Virus record (IMG/VR): IMGVR_UViG_3300036846_000361
Span: 1-60,366 of that record
Direction: 5' to 3' (one strand)
DNA: 60,366 nucleotides
DNA from: a virus
Lineage: Duplodnaviria > Caudoviricetes
The notes beneath the pieces were generated by a model, which had not been told where the DNA came from, made no database searches, and saw nothing but the letters and a program-made list of their open reading frames with translations. Shown here one piece after another: positions 18,031-27,200 of this stretch. Positions within the stretch are counted from its first letter, which is position 1; every line of letters starts with the position of its first letter. Position numbers and translations under genes: made by a program.

Positions 18031-18302
18031 ACGAGATCATCCGCGCAGACGGCGGCGAGATGAACCCGACCACCGCCAAGGTGGTCGAGATCAGATTCGT
18101 CATCGACGGATCGTTCAAGACCGCCAACCTGATCGATGAAGTCTGTGACAACCTCGATTGGGTGTTCGCAGCCGTCGAACTGAACCCGGATGGATTCGGG
18201 CACACGGTTCCGGACATGAACGTCATGCGCACCGCTGCCTGGATGGACAGCGACGTCATGGCGGAGGTCGAGGAATCGCTGAAAAGCGGTGAGCCAAGGT
18301 GA
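18027..18302 (+). CDS. Early hypothetical protein
   Basis: ATGA-coupled. Confidence 0.6.
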   Translation: MNEIIRADGGEMNPTTAKVVEIRFVIDGSFKTANLIDEVCDNLDWVFAAVELNPDGFGHTVPDMNVMRTAAWMDSDVMAEVEESLKSGEPR

Positions 18303-18502
18303 AAGCTGAGCCTGGCAAGGTCGTACTCGTCTCCAGCATTCCGGGTTGCAACTTCTGCAATGACGGAACGCCAGGGCCGTACGACTTCAAGACGAGGATG
18401 GGCCCGTGGGCGAACGGTTGCGAGATGCACTATCGTCACCTTCGTGCTACCCCAGACCTCGGCGTCGGTATGGCTCAACTCTGGATCACAGAGGAGTCAT
18501 GA
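18299..18502 (+). CDS. Small Cys-containing hypothetical protein
   Basis: CNFC...YDFKT..GPWANGC..H. Confidence 0.65.
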   Translation: MKAEPGKVVLVSSIPGCNFCNDGTPGPYDFKTRMGPWANGCEMHYRHLRATPDLGVGMAQLWITEES

Positions 18503-18720
18503 TGGGAGCACACAGCCTAGCTGAAGCTCCGACACGGACGGTTCATGTCGTCCAGGTCTTGTCGAACGGCCGCATGATCTCTTTATGTGGCCGGGAAGCT
18601 GACGAGAGTTGGAAGCGCATCGCGCAGCACGACCAGGCGATCTTCGGCAAGGGACCGAGGTCAATCAGGGAAATGTTACCTGATCTGCGTCTCTGCGCTC
18701 TGTGTCTACCTCGATCATGA
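18499..18720 (+). CDS. Small Zn-binding hypothetical protein
   Basis: H...SLCG...CALC; RBS GAGGAG. Confidence 0.55.
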   Translation: MMGAHSLAEAPTRTVHVVQVLSNGRMISLCGREADESWKRIAQHDQAIFGKGPRSIREMLPDLRLCALCLPRS

Positions 18721-18875
18721 ACGGCATCGACATCCTCGTGATCGTGATCGTGCTCGCGATCGTGTTCGTCGGAGCGAATATGCTCGACAAGCACGAGACT
18801 GAGCTCGACGATGATGACGACATCGAGGATGAAGTAGCGAAAGCTCGCAAGCGCAAGCGTAACGGCGCAAGCTAG
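18717..18875 (+). CDS. 52-aa membrane protein (absent from ORF track)
   Basis: N-terminal TM, then acidic and basic tail; ATGA-coupled. Confidence 0.6.
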   Translation: MNGIDILVIVIVLAIVFVGANMLDKHETELDDDDDIEDEVAKARKRKRNGAS

Positions 18876-18943
18876 ACGGCACCCCGCGCAAGCGGGGCAC
18901 CGTGTGGCGTTCGCCACAGTACGAAACCAAAAGGAGGGTACCA

Positions 18944-19252
18944 ATGAAGAAGCTCCATCGCGAGAAGCTCGCAGATCTTGGCATCTCATCGAACAAGTAC
19001 GTCGTGCTCGAAGACGGGACGGTCATCTATGACAAGAACGACCGGCCCAACGGCGTACTGATTCCGATCATCTGGGGCATCACGCTCGAACACGATCGCT
19101 GGATGATGTATGTCGAGTACCAGACCGACGAGTTCGGTGGTCGTCCGCGTCATTACCTGCGCTGGTCGCAGGGTGAGAAGAACGACTTGTCGAGGCCATT
19201 CCTCCGGCAGCAGGATGCGATCGCTGCCGCGATCAGTTCGGTGTACGCATGA
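18944..19252 (+). CDS. Early hypothetical protein
   Basis: After motif 18933. Confidence 0.7.
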   Translation: MKKLHREKLADLGISSNKYVVLEDGTVIYDKNDRPNGVLIPIIWGITLEHDRWMMYVEYQTDEFGGRPRHYLRWSQGEKNDLSRPFLRQQDAIAAAISSVYA

Positions 19253-19512
19253 AGCCGAAAGAAGGTGACAAGGTCAAGGTCATCGACAGGCTCTCATCGC
19301 TCGGCGACGAAAGTGCTCCTGAGATCTGGATCGTCATCCAAGCTCACGACAATCTGGACGAATCCTGGGATCCGTTCGGTGAGTCCGCTTGGGCTCAAAA
19401 GGATCACGATACCGAAACCGGGCAAACCGGCGAATGGTACGTGATCTGCAAGACCGGCGAATGGATGGACGGCACGTGTAGCTTCGCCAGCTACGAGGTC
19501 GAGTCGCTATGA
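19249..19512 (+). CDS. Early hypothetical protein
   Basis: ATGA-coupled. Confidence 0.6.
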   Translation: MKPKEGDKVKVIDRLSSLGDESAPEIWIVIQAHDNLDESWDPFGESAWAQKDHDTETGQTGEWYVICKTGEWMDGTCSFASYEVESL

Positions 19513-19637
19513 AGCGAGGCAAGTATCTGCAGATCGGCTCGGGCAGCAGATCCCGCTCGATCGCCAAAGCAGAAGACAAGGCTCGCCGCTCTCGCAAGAA
19601 AGCAGACAAGAAGCAAGCACTCAAGGATCAATCCTGA
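19509..19637 (+). CDS. 42-aa basic peptide
   Basis: ATGA-coupled, K/R rich. Confidence 0.5.
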   Translation: MKRGKYLQIGSGSRSRSIAKAEDKARRSRKKADKKQALKDQS

Positions 19638-19714
19638 GCACTGCGCCTGCCCTCGGCAACGAGGGTTTGGCGGAGACCTCATGAGAGGCTCCAAACCAAA
19701 AGGAGGGTACCGAT

Positions 19715-19930
19715 TTGACGCGAAAGAAGCCGGCATACACACCGCCAAGGCTTCACGACCAATGCTTCATCGCGAAGACGTATGGCCCATGGTCGTCAGG
19801 GACTCGGGTCGAGATCATCAAGCTCGATATGCCTGCTGACTACGTGGTCGTGCGTCATACCTCGACAGGTGAGGAGTTCGAGATTGAACTCGATGTCCTC
19901 GTCAGGAAGCGAGACCGCAATCGTGACTGA
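19715..19930 (+). CDS. Early hypothetical protein (TTG start)
   Basis: After motif 19702. Confidence 0.65.
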   Translation: MTRKKPAYTPPRLHDQCFIAKTYGPWSSGTRVEIIKLDMPADYVVVRHTSTGEEFEIELDVLVRKRDRNRD

Positions 19931-20180
19931 ACTCACCGACGGCACCCGCATCCGCATCACGCAGAAGACCAAGCTATGGTATCCGAGCGTGGAGGCGAAT
20001 GTGGAGGTCGAACCTGGTCGCGAGTTCATCGCGATCGACAGGCCCGACGAGAACAATTACGGTTGGTGCCTGCCGGTGGTCGAGCCGGATGTGTACGCCA
20101 GCGATGTCGTCGAGATACACGACGACAGCATGATCGTAGTCTGCGATCCCGATTCGTTCGTGATTGTCGAGGAGAAATGA
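19923..20180 (+). CDS. Early hypothetical protein
   Basis: GTG start overlapping upstream gene end. Confidence 0.55.
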   Translation: MTELTDGTRIRITQKTKLWYPSVEANVEVEPGREFIAIDRPDENNYGWCLPVVEPDVYASDVVEIHDDSMIVVCDPDSFVIVEEK

Positions 20181-20383
20181 TCATCGACACGCCGGATGGG
20201 ATCGAAGCATACCGCATGCTCGCGATCTACCATCGGCTAAAGCTTGAGATGAAAGGAATCCGGTTCCGCATCTCGACCTTCGCCGTTGCGCGTCGCGAGT
20301 TGGGTATGAGCCCACGTACTCCCAGGGCCAAGGTTCTGGAAGCGTGGGAAGCGAAGATGAAGGAGAAGGGAATCAATGTCTAA
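20177..20383 (+). CDS. Early hypothetical protein
   Basis: RBS GAGGAG, ATGA-coupled. Confidence 0.65.
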   Translation: MIIDTPDGIEAYRMLAIYHRLKLEMKGIRFRISTFAVARRELGMSPRTPRAKVLEAWEAKMKEKGINV

Positions 20384-20564
20384 GCTGACAGTCACGTACG
20401 AGGCTGAGAGCATGGAAGACCTGGCTCAAGGTCTCGAAGCTCGGGCTGAGGAGTTGGAGCAGCAGGTCGGAAGCTCCAACCAGAGAAAAGGTCACCTGCT
20501 CAAGGCTGAGGCAGACGGCTACCGTGCCGCAGCTGAGATCGTCCGCAGAACGACGATCGGCTGA
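20376..20564 (+). CDS. Early hypothetical protein
   Basis: 62 aa, RBS GAAGGGA. Confidence 0.6.
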   Translation: MSKLTVTYEAESMEDLAQGLEARAEELEQQVGSSNQRKGHLLKAEADGYRAAAEIVRRTTIG

Positions 20565-20636
20565 CGATCCGGTGGGGTTGGGAAACCAACCCCTTCCGAA
20601 TCGCCAACTGGCGAGGAAACCAAAAGGAGGGTACCA

Positions 20637-21614
20637 ATGACAAGTGGAAAGCGGGACGATCTGTTCCGCAAGATCCAGGGACTCCTCGCAAAAGCCGAGG
20701 CAACCGAGCACGAAGGTGAACGTCAGGTGTTCATGGCGAAGGCCGATGAACTCATGATGAAGTACCGCATCGAGCTTTGGGAACTTCAGCAGCACGAGGC
20801 CGGTCGAATCTCCGAGCGCGAGCCGGTGGTCAAGGACTTTGACTACAGCTTCGCGTTTGAGTCGGGTCCATTCCCGGAGATCAGCGATGCGCTTTGGTCG
20901 CTGTTCTGCTCGACCGCAAGGCACGTCGGCTGCATCATCGTCTTCCACAAGCAGCACTGGAGCGGTGAGAAGAAGCAGTACATGTCGGCTGTCGTCCCGG
21001 TGATCGGCACCGAGAGCGACCAGGGTTACTTGACGCTGCTGTTCTCGTCACTCATGACGCAGCTGGTAGAGCAGATCCGGCCCAAGTACGATCCGGGCAA
21101 GGACTACTACCAGAACCTGCGCATGTTCAAGGAAGCGGGCTGGAACTGGCTGGAGACAGCCAAGGCCATGCAGGATGCCGGCTTCCATACCGACGTGACG
21201 AACGACAAGGCTCGTCACCTGACCGCTCACGCGTACCGCCGCTGGTGCAAGAAGATGGGCATCGACCAGAACTACTCCAACTGGAAGACGTACCGCCGCA
21301 ACTTCGCGGATGGCTTCGTCCACCGGGTGGCCGCTCGCTTCGTCGAGATGGCCGATGCTCAGAAGAAGGTCAAGAGCGACAGTGGCACCGGCTTCGATCT
21401 GGTCCTGCGCGAGCAGCATCAGATCAACCTGGACTTCCTGAATCAGATGTTCCCTGTGACGGGCACCGGCAGAGCCGTGACCGTCGCTCGCGATTCCCGC
21501 AAGTTCGACTCGTCTGCCTATGGCAGTGGTCGCGCAGCGGGCGATCGAGCGAACATCAGCGGCAACCCTGGCCGGGGAGTTCGGCCAGGTGGAGGTCGGC
21601 AACTGAAAAGTTGA
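20637..21614 (+). CDS. DUF2786-domain protein
   Basis: N-terminal KIQGLLAKAE...FMAKADELMMKYRI and C-terminal AY.SGRAAG.RA pattern. Confidence 0.8.
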   Translation: MTSGKRDDLFRKIQGLLAKAEATEHEGERQVFMAKADELMMKYRIELWELQQHEAGRISEREPVVKDFDYSFAFESGPFPEISDALWSLFCSTARHVGCIIVFHKQHWSGEKKQYMSAVVPVIGTESDQGYLTLLFSSLMTQLVEQIRPKYDPGKDYYQNLRMFKEAGWNWLETAKAMQDAGFHTDVTNDKARHLTAHAYRRWCKKMGIDQNYSNWKTYRRNFADGFVHRVAARFVEMADAQKKVKSDSGTGFDLVLREQHQINLDFLNQMFPVTGTGRAVTVARDSRKFDSSAYGSGRAAGDRANISGNPGRGVRPGGGRQLKS

Positions 21615-21697
21615 CGATCCGGTAGGAGCCTCATTGCGGCGGGGCTCCGTCCGAATCGCCAATAGTTGGCGGTTGAACAAACCCAAAGGAGGGTACC

Positions 21698-22306
21698 ATG
21701 GAACGGACACCGATCCCGCAGGAGTTGCGGGATTCCGGTCCACTCGCCTCGCCAGCGCAGGTCTCATATCTGAAGGCTCTGCGTGACGGCAAAACCCTGA
21801 GCTCACTAACTCAGGAACAAGTCGAGTGGCTCATCTCGACCGACTTCACCACGATCCCGAAGCGGCGCGCAAGCTCCGTCATCGAGACGCTGGTGGGGCT
21901 GCCTTGGAAGCCGAAGAACGAGCAAGAGGCAGCGCAGGTCGAGGCGAGAGGCGCAGGTCTGCCGGTGTCGATGAACGATCTGCCTGACGGCTACTACGCC
22001 GTCAAGGGTGTCGAAGGTCACAAGAACGACATCTCGTTCTTCCGCCTGCGCTCACCCAAGCAGGGCAACTGGGTCGGCTACCAGTTCACCGATCAGGTTG
22101 TGGGTCATGGGAAGCGGTATCCTGTCAAGGAAGCCGCCACCCGCGAGAAGATCCACGGCATGATCAAGGAACAGGGAGTCACCGAGTGCCGGCAGTTGTA
22201 CGGCCAGGAAATCGGTAGTTGCGGCCGTTGCGGTCGCGAACTCACCGACGACACCAGCCGCGCTCGGGGCATCGGCCCCGACTGCTGGGCGATCATGGGA
22301 GGTTGA
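21698..22306 (+). CDS. DUF6011-type Zn-finger protein
   Basis: C-terminal CGRCGRELTDDTSRARGIGPDC. Confidence 0.8.
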   Translation: MERTPIPQELRDSGPLASPAQVSYLKALRDGKTLSSLTQEQVEWLISTDFTTIPKRRASSVIETLVGLPWKPKNEQEAAQVEARGAGLPVSMNDLPDGYYAVKGVEGHKNDISFFRLRSPKQGNWVGYQFTDQVVGHGKRYPVKEAATREKIHGMIKEQGVTECRQLYGQEIGSCGRCGRELTDDTSRARGIGPDCWAIMGG

Positions 22307-22307
22307 C

Positions 22308-22583
22308 ATGGTTCTGCAGAAGGTCGATGGCGTTCAGATCTATGACGACAAGAACAAGCGGGTGTTTCTGAACACCCGAGTCGTCTCGTCAACGAACGTC
22401 GAGTGGGTCGGTTGGCCCGAGTCGGGTGAACCGATCATGTTCGTGCGGTACAGTTCCGGCAAGCTCTATGGATACCTCGGCGTCAGCCGCCAGCGCGCGG
22501 TCGCCGCTGCGTACTCATCGAGCGTCGGCGGCTACATCGCCCAGCGCGTCAAGCCGAAGTTCCAAGTTGTACAGATCAGCTAG
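22308..22583 (+). CDS. KTSC-domain protein
   Basis: VSSTNVEWVGW...VRYSSGKLYGYLGV...SSVGGY fits the KTSC pattern. Confidence 0.65.
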   Translation: MVLQKVDGVQIYDDKNKRVFLNTRVVSSTNVEWVGWPESGEPIMFVRYSSGKLYGYLGVSRQRAVAAAYSSSVGGYIAQRVKPKFQVVQIS

Positions 22584-22647
22584 TTGCGGCGGACCAATCG
22601 AGAGATTGGCCGCCCGGAGCTAACTGCTCCAGAAAGGAGGGTACCAA

Positions 22648-23238
22648 TTGGACATCGAGAAGGAATGGCGGCGTGATCCGCCGATCGAGCCAATGACTTC
22701 GATGCCGGCACTTTGGCACGACTTCAAACGGCGTCGAGCGGATCCGCAGTCTCCCATCCATCGGTTCAGGGACAACATCCCTGACGCCTGCGCTCTGGAC
22801 GGGTCGGCACATGCAGCTTTGCGCCGAGCCGTCCGCAGTATCAGGCCGAACGGAAAGATGCACAATCATCAGTCGAAAGTCTCACCGGCTCTGCCGCAGT
22901 ACGAGGCGACGCTGATTGAGCATATGAACGTGATCATTCAGATGGACACCTTCAATCGGCTGTACACGATGCTCGGTCTTCTGAAGACTCCGGGCATCGG
23001 TCCGATGACCATCTACGACGTAGCGGTGCGCTTCGGTGCCTGGCTTGGGTTGAAGCCCGAGAAAATCTATGTCCATGCTGGTACGTCGGCTGGACTGAAG
23101 GCGCTCGGCATTAAGCCTGACGGACACAGTGTCCCGATGGAGTTGCTGCCGAGGATTCTGAGACGCAAGGATCCGGATGAGGTCGAAGACTTCCTCTGTA
23201 CATACCGAGTCGCATTTGAAAGGATGAGGGATGCCTGA
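22648..23238 (+). CDS. HhH-motif protein, DNA glycosylase / amino acid:DNA transferase-like fold
   Basis: LLKTPGIGPMTIYDVAVRFG...IYVHAGT...EDFLC. Confidence 0.5.
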   Translation: MDIEKEWRRDPPIEPMTSMPALWHDFKRRRADPQSPIHRFRDNIPDACALDGSAHAALRRAVRSIRPNGKMHNHQSKVSPALPQYEATLIEHMNVIIQMDTFNRLYTMLGLLKTPGIGPMTIYDVAVRFGAWLGLKPEKIYVHAGTSAGLKALGIKPDGHSVPMELLPRILRRKDPDEVEDFLCTYRVAFERMRDA

Positions 23239-23425
23239 CTTCCGTATCACGATCGAACTGGTAGATGTCAGCGGCGATCAAACCGACGAACTGGCCAAGG
23301 AAATCGAAGATGACTATGGTCAGGACTTCGGCATCAACGACGGTGACTTCATAGTACGCATCTCGCAGAAGGTCGGCCAGAACTACTTTGGCCGCGACCC
23401 TGGCGACGACGTCATCCAGACGTAG
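23231..23425 (+). CDS. Acidic hypothetical protein
   Basis: 64 aa, RBS GAGGG. Confidence 0.6.
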   Translation: MPDFRITIELVDVSGDQTDELAKEIEDDYGQDFGINDGDFIVRISQKVGQNYFGRDPGDDVIQT

Positions 23426-23498
23426 TTGCGGGCAGGGCGGGTAGCGCCGCCCCACCCGGAATCTCGTATGGATTCCCGTTTGCCCTGGAAAATTGGGG

Positions 23499-23527
23499 TA
23501 GACGTATGGGTGAGTCTTAGGTAGGCT
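23499..23527 (+). promoter_or_regulatory. Promoter TAGACG-N17-TAGGCT
   Basis: Matches the 27865-27893 pattern; upstream of the 23570 gene. Confidence 0.5.
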
Positions 23528-23569
23528 TACTCAGGTTGGCCGTAATCTATCTCCAAGGAGGGAGCACCC

Positions 23570-24052
23570 ATGGCCAGTAGTGTGAATTTCGCCCAGCTTG
23601 TCAAGCTGGCGAAGCAGGGAATGGGCCACAGCGCGGCAGCCGCCGAGTTGGGCGTCACCGTCGGGCAGATCAGTTCGCTGGTCTTCTCGAAGGCTCTGGT
23701 CGAAGCAGGTCAGTACGACGAAGTGACCAAGGTCACTCCGGCCGTCATCGTCCGTCTCAAGGATGACGAGGGCAACCGCTGGGAACTGATCGCGGCCCGC
23801 ACCGGCAAGACGGTGGGCGAGGTCAAGGACCTGTACGTCGAGGGTGGCGGCGATCTGAACGGTGGATCGCGAACGTCATCGCCGGGAACGAACCGTGCGT
23901 CTGGTCGCAAGACCAAGTCGGCTCCGGCTGCCAAGTCGGGCGCCAAGAAGAAGACGGCAGGCCGCAAGGCCAAGGCGTCTTCGGCACGGCCGGTTGGTCG
24001 CGCTCGCACGCTCGCTGAGCGGCGTCGGTCGCGGTCGTCCAACCCCTCGTAG
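23570..24052 (+). CDS. Tandem-HTH DNA-binding protein with histone-like basic tail
   Basis: GMGHSAAAAELGVTVGQI and RWELIAARTGKTVGEVKDLY HTH-like segments; K/R/A-rich C-terminus. Confidence 0.7.
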   Translation: MASSVNFAQLVKLAKQGMGHSAAAAELGVTVGQISSLVFSKALVEAGQYDEVTKVTPAVIVRLKDDEGNRWELIAARTGKTVGEVKDLYVEGGGDLNGGSRTSSPGTNRASGRKTKSAPAAKSGAKKKTAGRKAKASSARPVGRARTLAERRRSRSSNPS

Positions 24053-24093
24053 CGGCGGCCATCGAGGCTACCAGATCCGGTGACTCGGGTGAA

Positions 24094-24354
24094 TTGGAGG
24101 AACTTCTCCACCCCGGTCGCCGGGTCTGGGTCGTTGCGAAGGCTGAAGAGAGAGACGGATGGATCATACCGGCGTCTGTTTACTCGTGTGACATCCGTAG
24201 CTTCAAGCAGTTCCTCCCGCGCGGTATTTTCAACTCTGAGCGTGGCACAGTTGAGCGAAAGCAGTCGCTCGTACAACTGTACACTGATCCCGGCGGGTAT
24301 CGCACGATTGCCGTCGCGAACATCAGGATGAAAGATCCCACGAAGGCTAGGTGA
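24094..24354 (+). CDS. Hypothetical protein
   Basis: 86 aa ORF ending just before element 24357; start uncertain. Confidence 0.45.
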   Translation: MEELLHPGRRVWVVAKAEERDGWIIPASVYSCDIRSFKQFLPRGIFNSERGTVERKQSLVQLYTDPGGYRTIAVANIRMKDPTKAR

Positions 24355-24423
24355 GACTGCGGGCGGGCTGGTAGCAGCCTTGCCCGGAGCTTCATCACGA
24401 AGTTCCATACAGAAGGGGTACCT

Positions 24424-24681
24424 ATGGACGAGTATGTTGATACACTACCCGTCTACACAGCGAAGCGAAGTGAGTCATTCCCTTCGTTTCTCGTTGTGAT
24501 GTGCGGGCGCGAGGACTGTCCAGGTACCAAGGCTGACAGGCCGTTCCTCGTGAGTCAACGCGAATGGATGCGCCCGATTCATAGAGAATCGCGGAGCGGC
24601 AAGCCATTCGTCATCACCGGAAGATCCTGCCCATATTGCTTCAGGGCGGGACGGCTTCCGAAGCGCAGCGCGATCCGGTAG
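24424..24681 (+). CDS. Zn-finger hypothetical protein
   Basis: CGREDC...CPYC; variant motif GAAGGGGTACC upstream. Confidence 0.65.
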   Translation: MDEYVDTLPVYTAKRSESFPSFLVVMCGREDCPGTKADRPFLVSQREWMRPIHRESRSGKPFVITGRSCPYCFRAGRLPKRSAIR

Positions 24682-24748
24682 GATTCCGGTAGCGCGCGCA
24701 AAAGTTCGCGACGACAAAAGGTAGCCGTTCTACCCGGCGTTGGCGCGA

Positions 24749-24810
24749 TGGAGGGGAGGGAAGTCCAGGTCGAGCGTTGGTACCCTCCACCTGGCTTCCC
24801 TCCCACTCTA
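24749..24810 (+). promoter_or_regulatory. Long hairpin whose loop carries the antisense of the early RBS motif (candidate sRNA or leader)
   Basis: About 21-bp stem; loop 24771-24788 ends in TTGGTACCCTCC. Confidence 0.6.
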
Positions 24811-24845
24811 CACAAGCTTGGCCGTATTACAACAAAGGAGGAGGT

Positions 24846-25175
24846 ATGCCAAGGAAAAGAAGGGAGGCTGCATCGACCCACGTTACCTTTGTGGGTCCTG
24901 ACAAGCCTCCCCGGAATAGCCCCGGTGTAAGTTGGGGCATCCGACTCCAACCGCTCGTTCAGAATCCTGGGCAATGGGCTGAGGTCGCGGTGTTCGACAC
25001 CCCGATGCAAGCTCAGCAGGCTCAGGCGAACCTGGTCAAGCGGGAACGAGTTGGGATCAATATTCCGATGAGTGGCGGCGAATGGGAGTTCGCAGCACGC
25101 GATTGTACCCTGTTCGCCGTCTATCGAGGAGGTCAAAAGCGCCGTGGCTCACGTAGCGTTCGCCGAGCTAGCTGA
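24846..25175 (+). CDS. Hypothetical protein
   Basis: RBS AAAGGAGGAGG; NPGQWAEVA...WEFAAR. Confidence 0.7.
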   Translation: MPRKRREAASTHVTFVGPDKPPRNSPGVSWGIRLQPLVQNPGQWAEVAVFDTPMQAQQAQANLVKRERVGINIPMSGGEWEFAARDCTLFAVYRGGQKRRGSRSVRRAS

Positions 25176-26943
25176 ACGCGGTGACCGCTGTGTTGTGATC
25201 TTCCGGTACAGCCAAGAGGCTGTCTACGCAATCAAGCGCGTTCCCGGCGCTCGGTTTGTCCCTCACGACAAGGCCGGATCCGTCGGGCAGGCTCACTGGA
25301 CTCTGCCTCTCGACCTTGACGTCATGCGTACCCTGCGCTCGGAGTTCGGTGACGGACTTCAGCTGGGGGATGCGATCAAGGCGTGGGGTCGAGGGCAGGT
25401 CCAGAAGGAGCGCAACCTAACTTCACTCGCCGTGAGCGATGATATCGCGATCGACAAGTTGAAGATAGCGAAGCTCCTGCCGGACCTGACCGAATGGTTC
25501 CGACCGTACCAGCGGGCGGACGTCAAGTTCATGGCGACGACGAACTGTCTGAACCTGAACGAGCCGCGCTTGGGCAAGACGACTGAGGTGATCGGTTCCG
25601 TCTTTGAGGCGGGACTACAGAAGATGCCTCAACTAGCGATCGTGCCCAAGTCTACGATCGACTCCATTTGGAGAATGGAGATCGAGCGGTGGACGAAGAT
25701 CCCGGTGGTAGCGTATCACGGCGATCTCAATGCCCGCGAGAAAGCGGACTGCGAGCGAGTTGTTGAACGCTGCCTCGATAAGGGCAAGCCGTTCTGGTTC
25801 GTGACGACGGCGGACATGATCCGTCGCGGATCGTACCCAGGCGTCGATCAGGTTCCGGTCTGGGGCTCGGTCACCATTGACGAGTTCCACAAGACCGGGT
25901 TGCCTGAGATCAGGAACGTGTTTCCGAAGGCGGTAGGCAAGATCGCGGCTGAACGGAAGTACGCACTCAGCGGCACCCCGATGGGCGGCAAGCCGATCAA
26001 GTTGTGGGGCGCTCTGCACTTCATCGAACCTAACCAGCATACGTCGAAGTGGACGTGGGCTGCGCAATGGCTCGTGATCAATACGGTGTGGGGCAATCAC
26101 AAGGAGATAGGCGGCATCAAGCGAGGTCGTGAAGACGACTTCTACCGGATGCTGTCCAAGCATGCCATCCGTCGGCTCCGGAGCGAGGTATTGCCCGAGC
26201 TACCGGAGAAACAGTGGGTGGATGTCTGGTGCAAGATGACTGCCGGCCAGGCGGCTCAGTACAACGAGTTCGCCAAGCAGGCAGAAATCCGCATCGACGA
26301 GTTCCACCTATCTGCTACGAGCGTGCTCGCGGAGTATGTCCGGCTCAAGCAGTTCGCCAATCATAAGAACAAGGTCGAAGTGCTGGGCATGGATAAGGAG
26401 ACGGGAAAGCTTGACTTGAAAGTCAGAGCCACCGAGGAATCAGGGAAGCTGCCAGAGCTACTCGAACGGTTGTACGAGTGCGGCATCGATCCTGAGGAGC
26501 CGGAAGGTGATGAACAAGCGATCGTGGCTTCTCAGTTCCGCGAGACCGCCGAGATGGTTCACCGCCATCTTACCTCTCAGGGTATCGGATGTGCGATCAT
26601 CAGCGGTAGGGTGCCGCAGAAGGAACGCAATCGGCTTCAGGCCGAGTTCCAGAGCGGCAAGCTCCGCGTTATGATCGTCGTCACCGCTGCTGCCGGCGTT
26701 GGCATTACGCTGAACAAGGCGGCTTCGGTCCATGTTCTCGATGAGACCTGGAACCCCGACGATCAGGAGCAGCTGACCGATCGCGCAGTCGATACGAATG
26801 AGTACCATCAGGTCACGGTGTTCGTGTACCGGAGCCGTGGCACTGTGGAGCAGTACATTAAGGAAGTGAACGACGAGAAGTGGGACGTGAACAAGGACAT
26901 CCTCGATCTGCGGAGGCAAGGCTTCCGCGCCATGAAAGGGTAA
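25144..26943 (+). CDS. SNF2-family helicase
   Basis: EPRLGKT, TIDEFH, LSGTP, ESGK, GVGITL, WNP..EQ..DR motifs. Confidence 0.9.
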   Translation: MAHVAFAELAERGDRCVVIFRYSQEAVYAIKRVPGARFVPHDKAGSVGQAHWTLPLDLDVMRTLRSEFGDGLQLGDAIKAWGRGQVQKERNLTSLAVSDDIAIDKLKIAKLLPDLTEWFRPYQRADVKFMATTNCLNLNEPRLGKTTEVIGSVFEAGLQKMPQLAIVPKSTIDSIWRMEIERWTKIPVVAYHGDLNAREKADCERVVERCLDKGKPFWFVTTADMIRRGSYPGVDQVPVWGSVTIDEFHKTGLPEIRNVFPKAVGKIAAERKYALSGTPMGGKPIKLWGALHFIEPNQHTSKWTWAAQWLVINTVWGNHKEIGGIKRGREDDFYRMLSKHAIRRLRSEVLPELPEKQWVDVWCKMTAGQAAQYNEFAKQAEIRIDEFHLSATSVLAEYVRLKQFANHKNKVEVLGMDKETGKLDLKVRATEESGKLPELLERLYECGIDPEEPEGDEQAIVASQFRETAEMVHRHLTSQGIGCAIISGRVPQKERNRLQAEFQSGKLRVMIVVTAAAGVGITLNKAASVHVLDETWNPDDQEQLTDRAVDTNEYHQVTVFVYRSRGTVEQYIKEVNDEKWDVNKDILDLRRQGFRAMKG

Positions 26944-26945
26944 AG

Positions 26946-27200
26946 ATGATTCACTTCATCGTGCTCTTGGTGGCTTTTGGTTGGGCGATTATGACCGCGA
27001 TTCCCAAGGCTGCGGAGCTTCGTAGCCAAGGGGAGCGGAAGAACGGCCCAGCTAAGGCTCGCCAGGGCGGGAAACAGGCTCCTACAAGCTCTCCGAGGGT
27101 GCGTAGGACGGTCTCCGCGCCGCGCGTCCTGTCGAGCGCGGACTACAAGGAGATGGACGAGTGGTTTTCGGAAGGTAGCAAGCCCGAAGACTACAAGTGA
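26946..27200 (+). CDS. Membrane-anchored hypothetical protein
   Basis: N-terminal hydrophobic helix, RBS AAAGGG. Confidence 0.55.
   Translation: MIHFIVLLVAFGWAIMTAIPKAAELRSQGERKNGPAKARQGGKQAPTSSPRVRRTVSAPRVLSSADYKEMDEWFSEGSKPEDYK

Noticed and set aside
20561-20620. Hammerhead ribozyme (CTGACGA...GAAAC)
   Set aside because: The core is not kept in the other copies of the element and stems I/III could not be built
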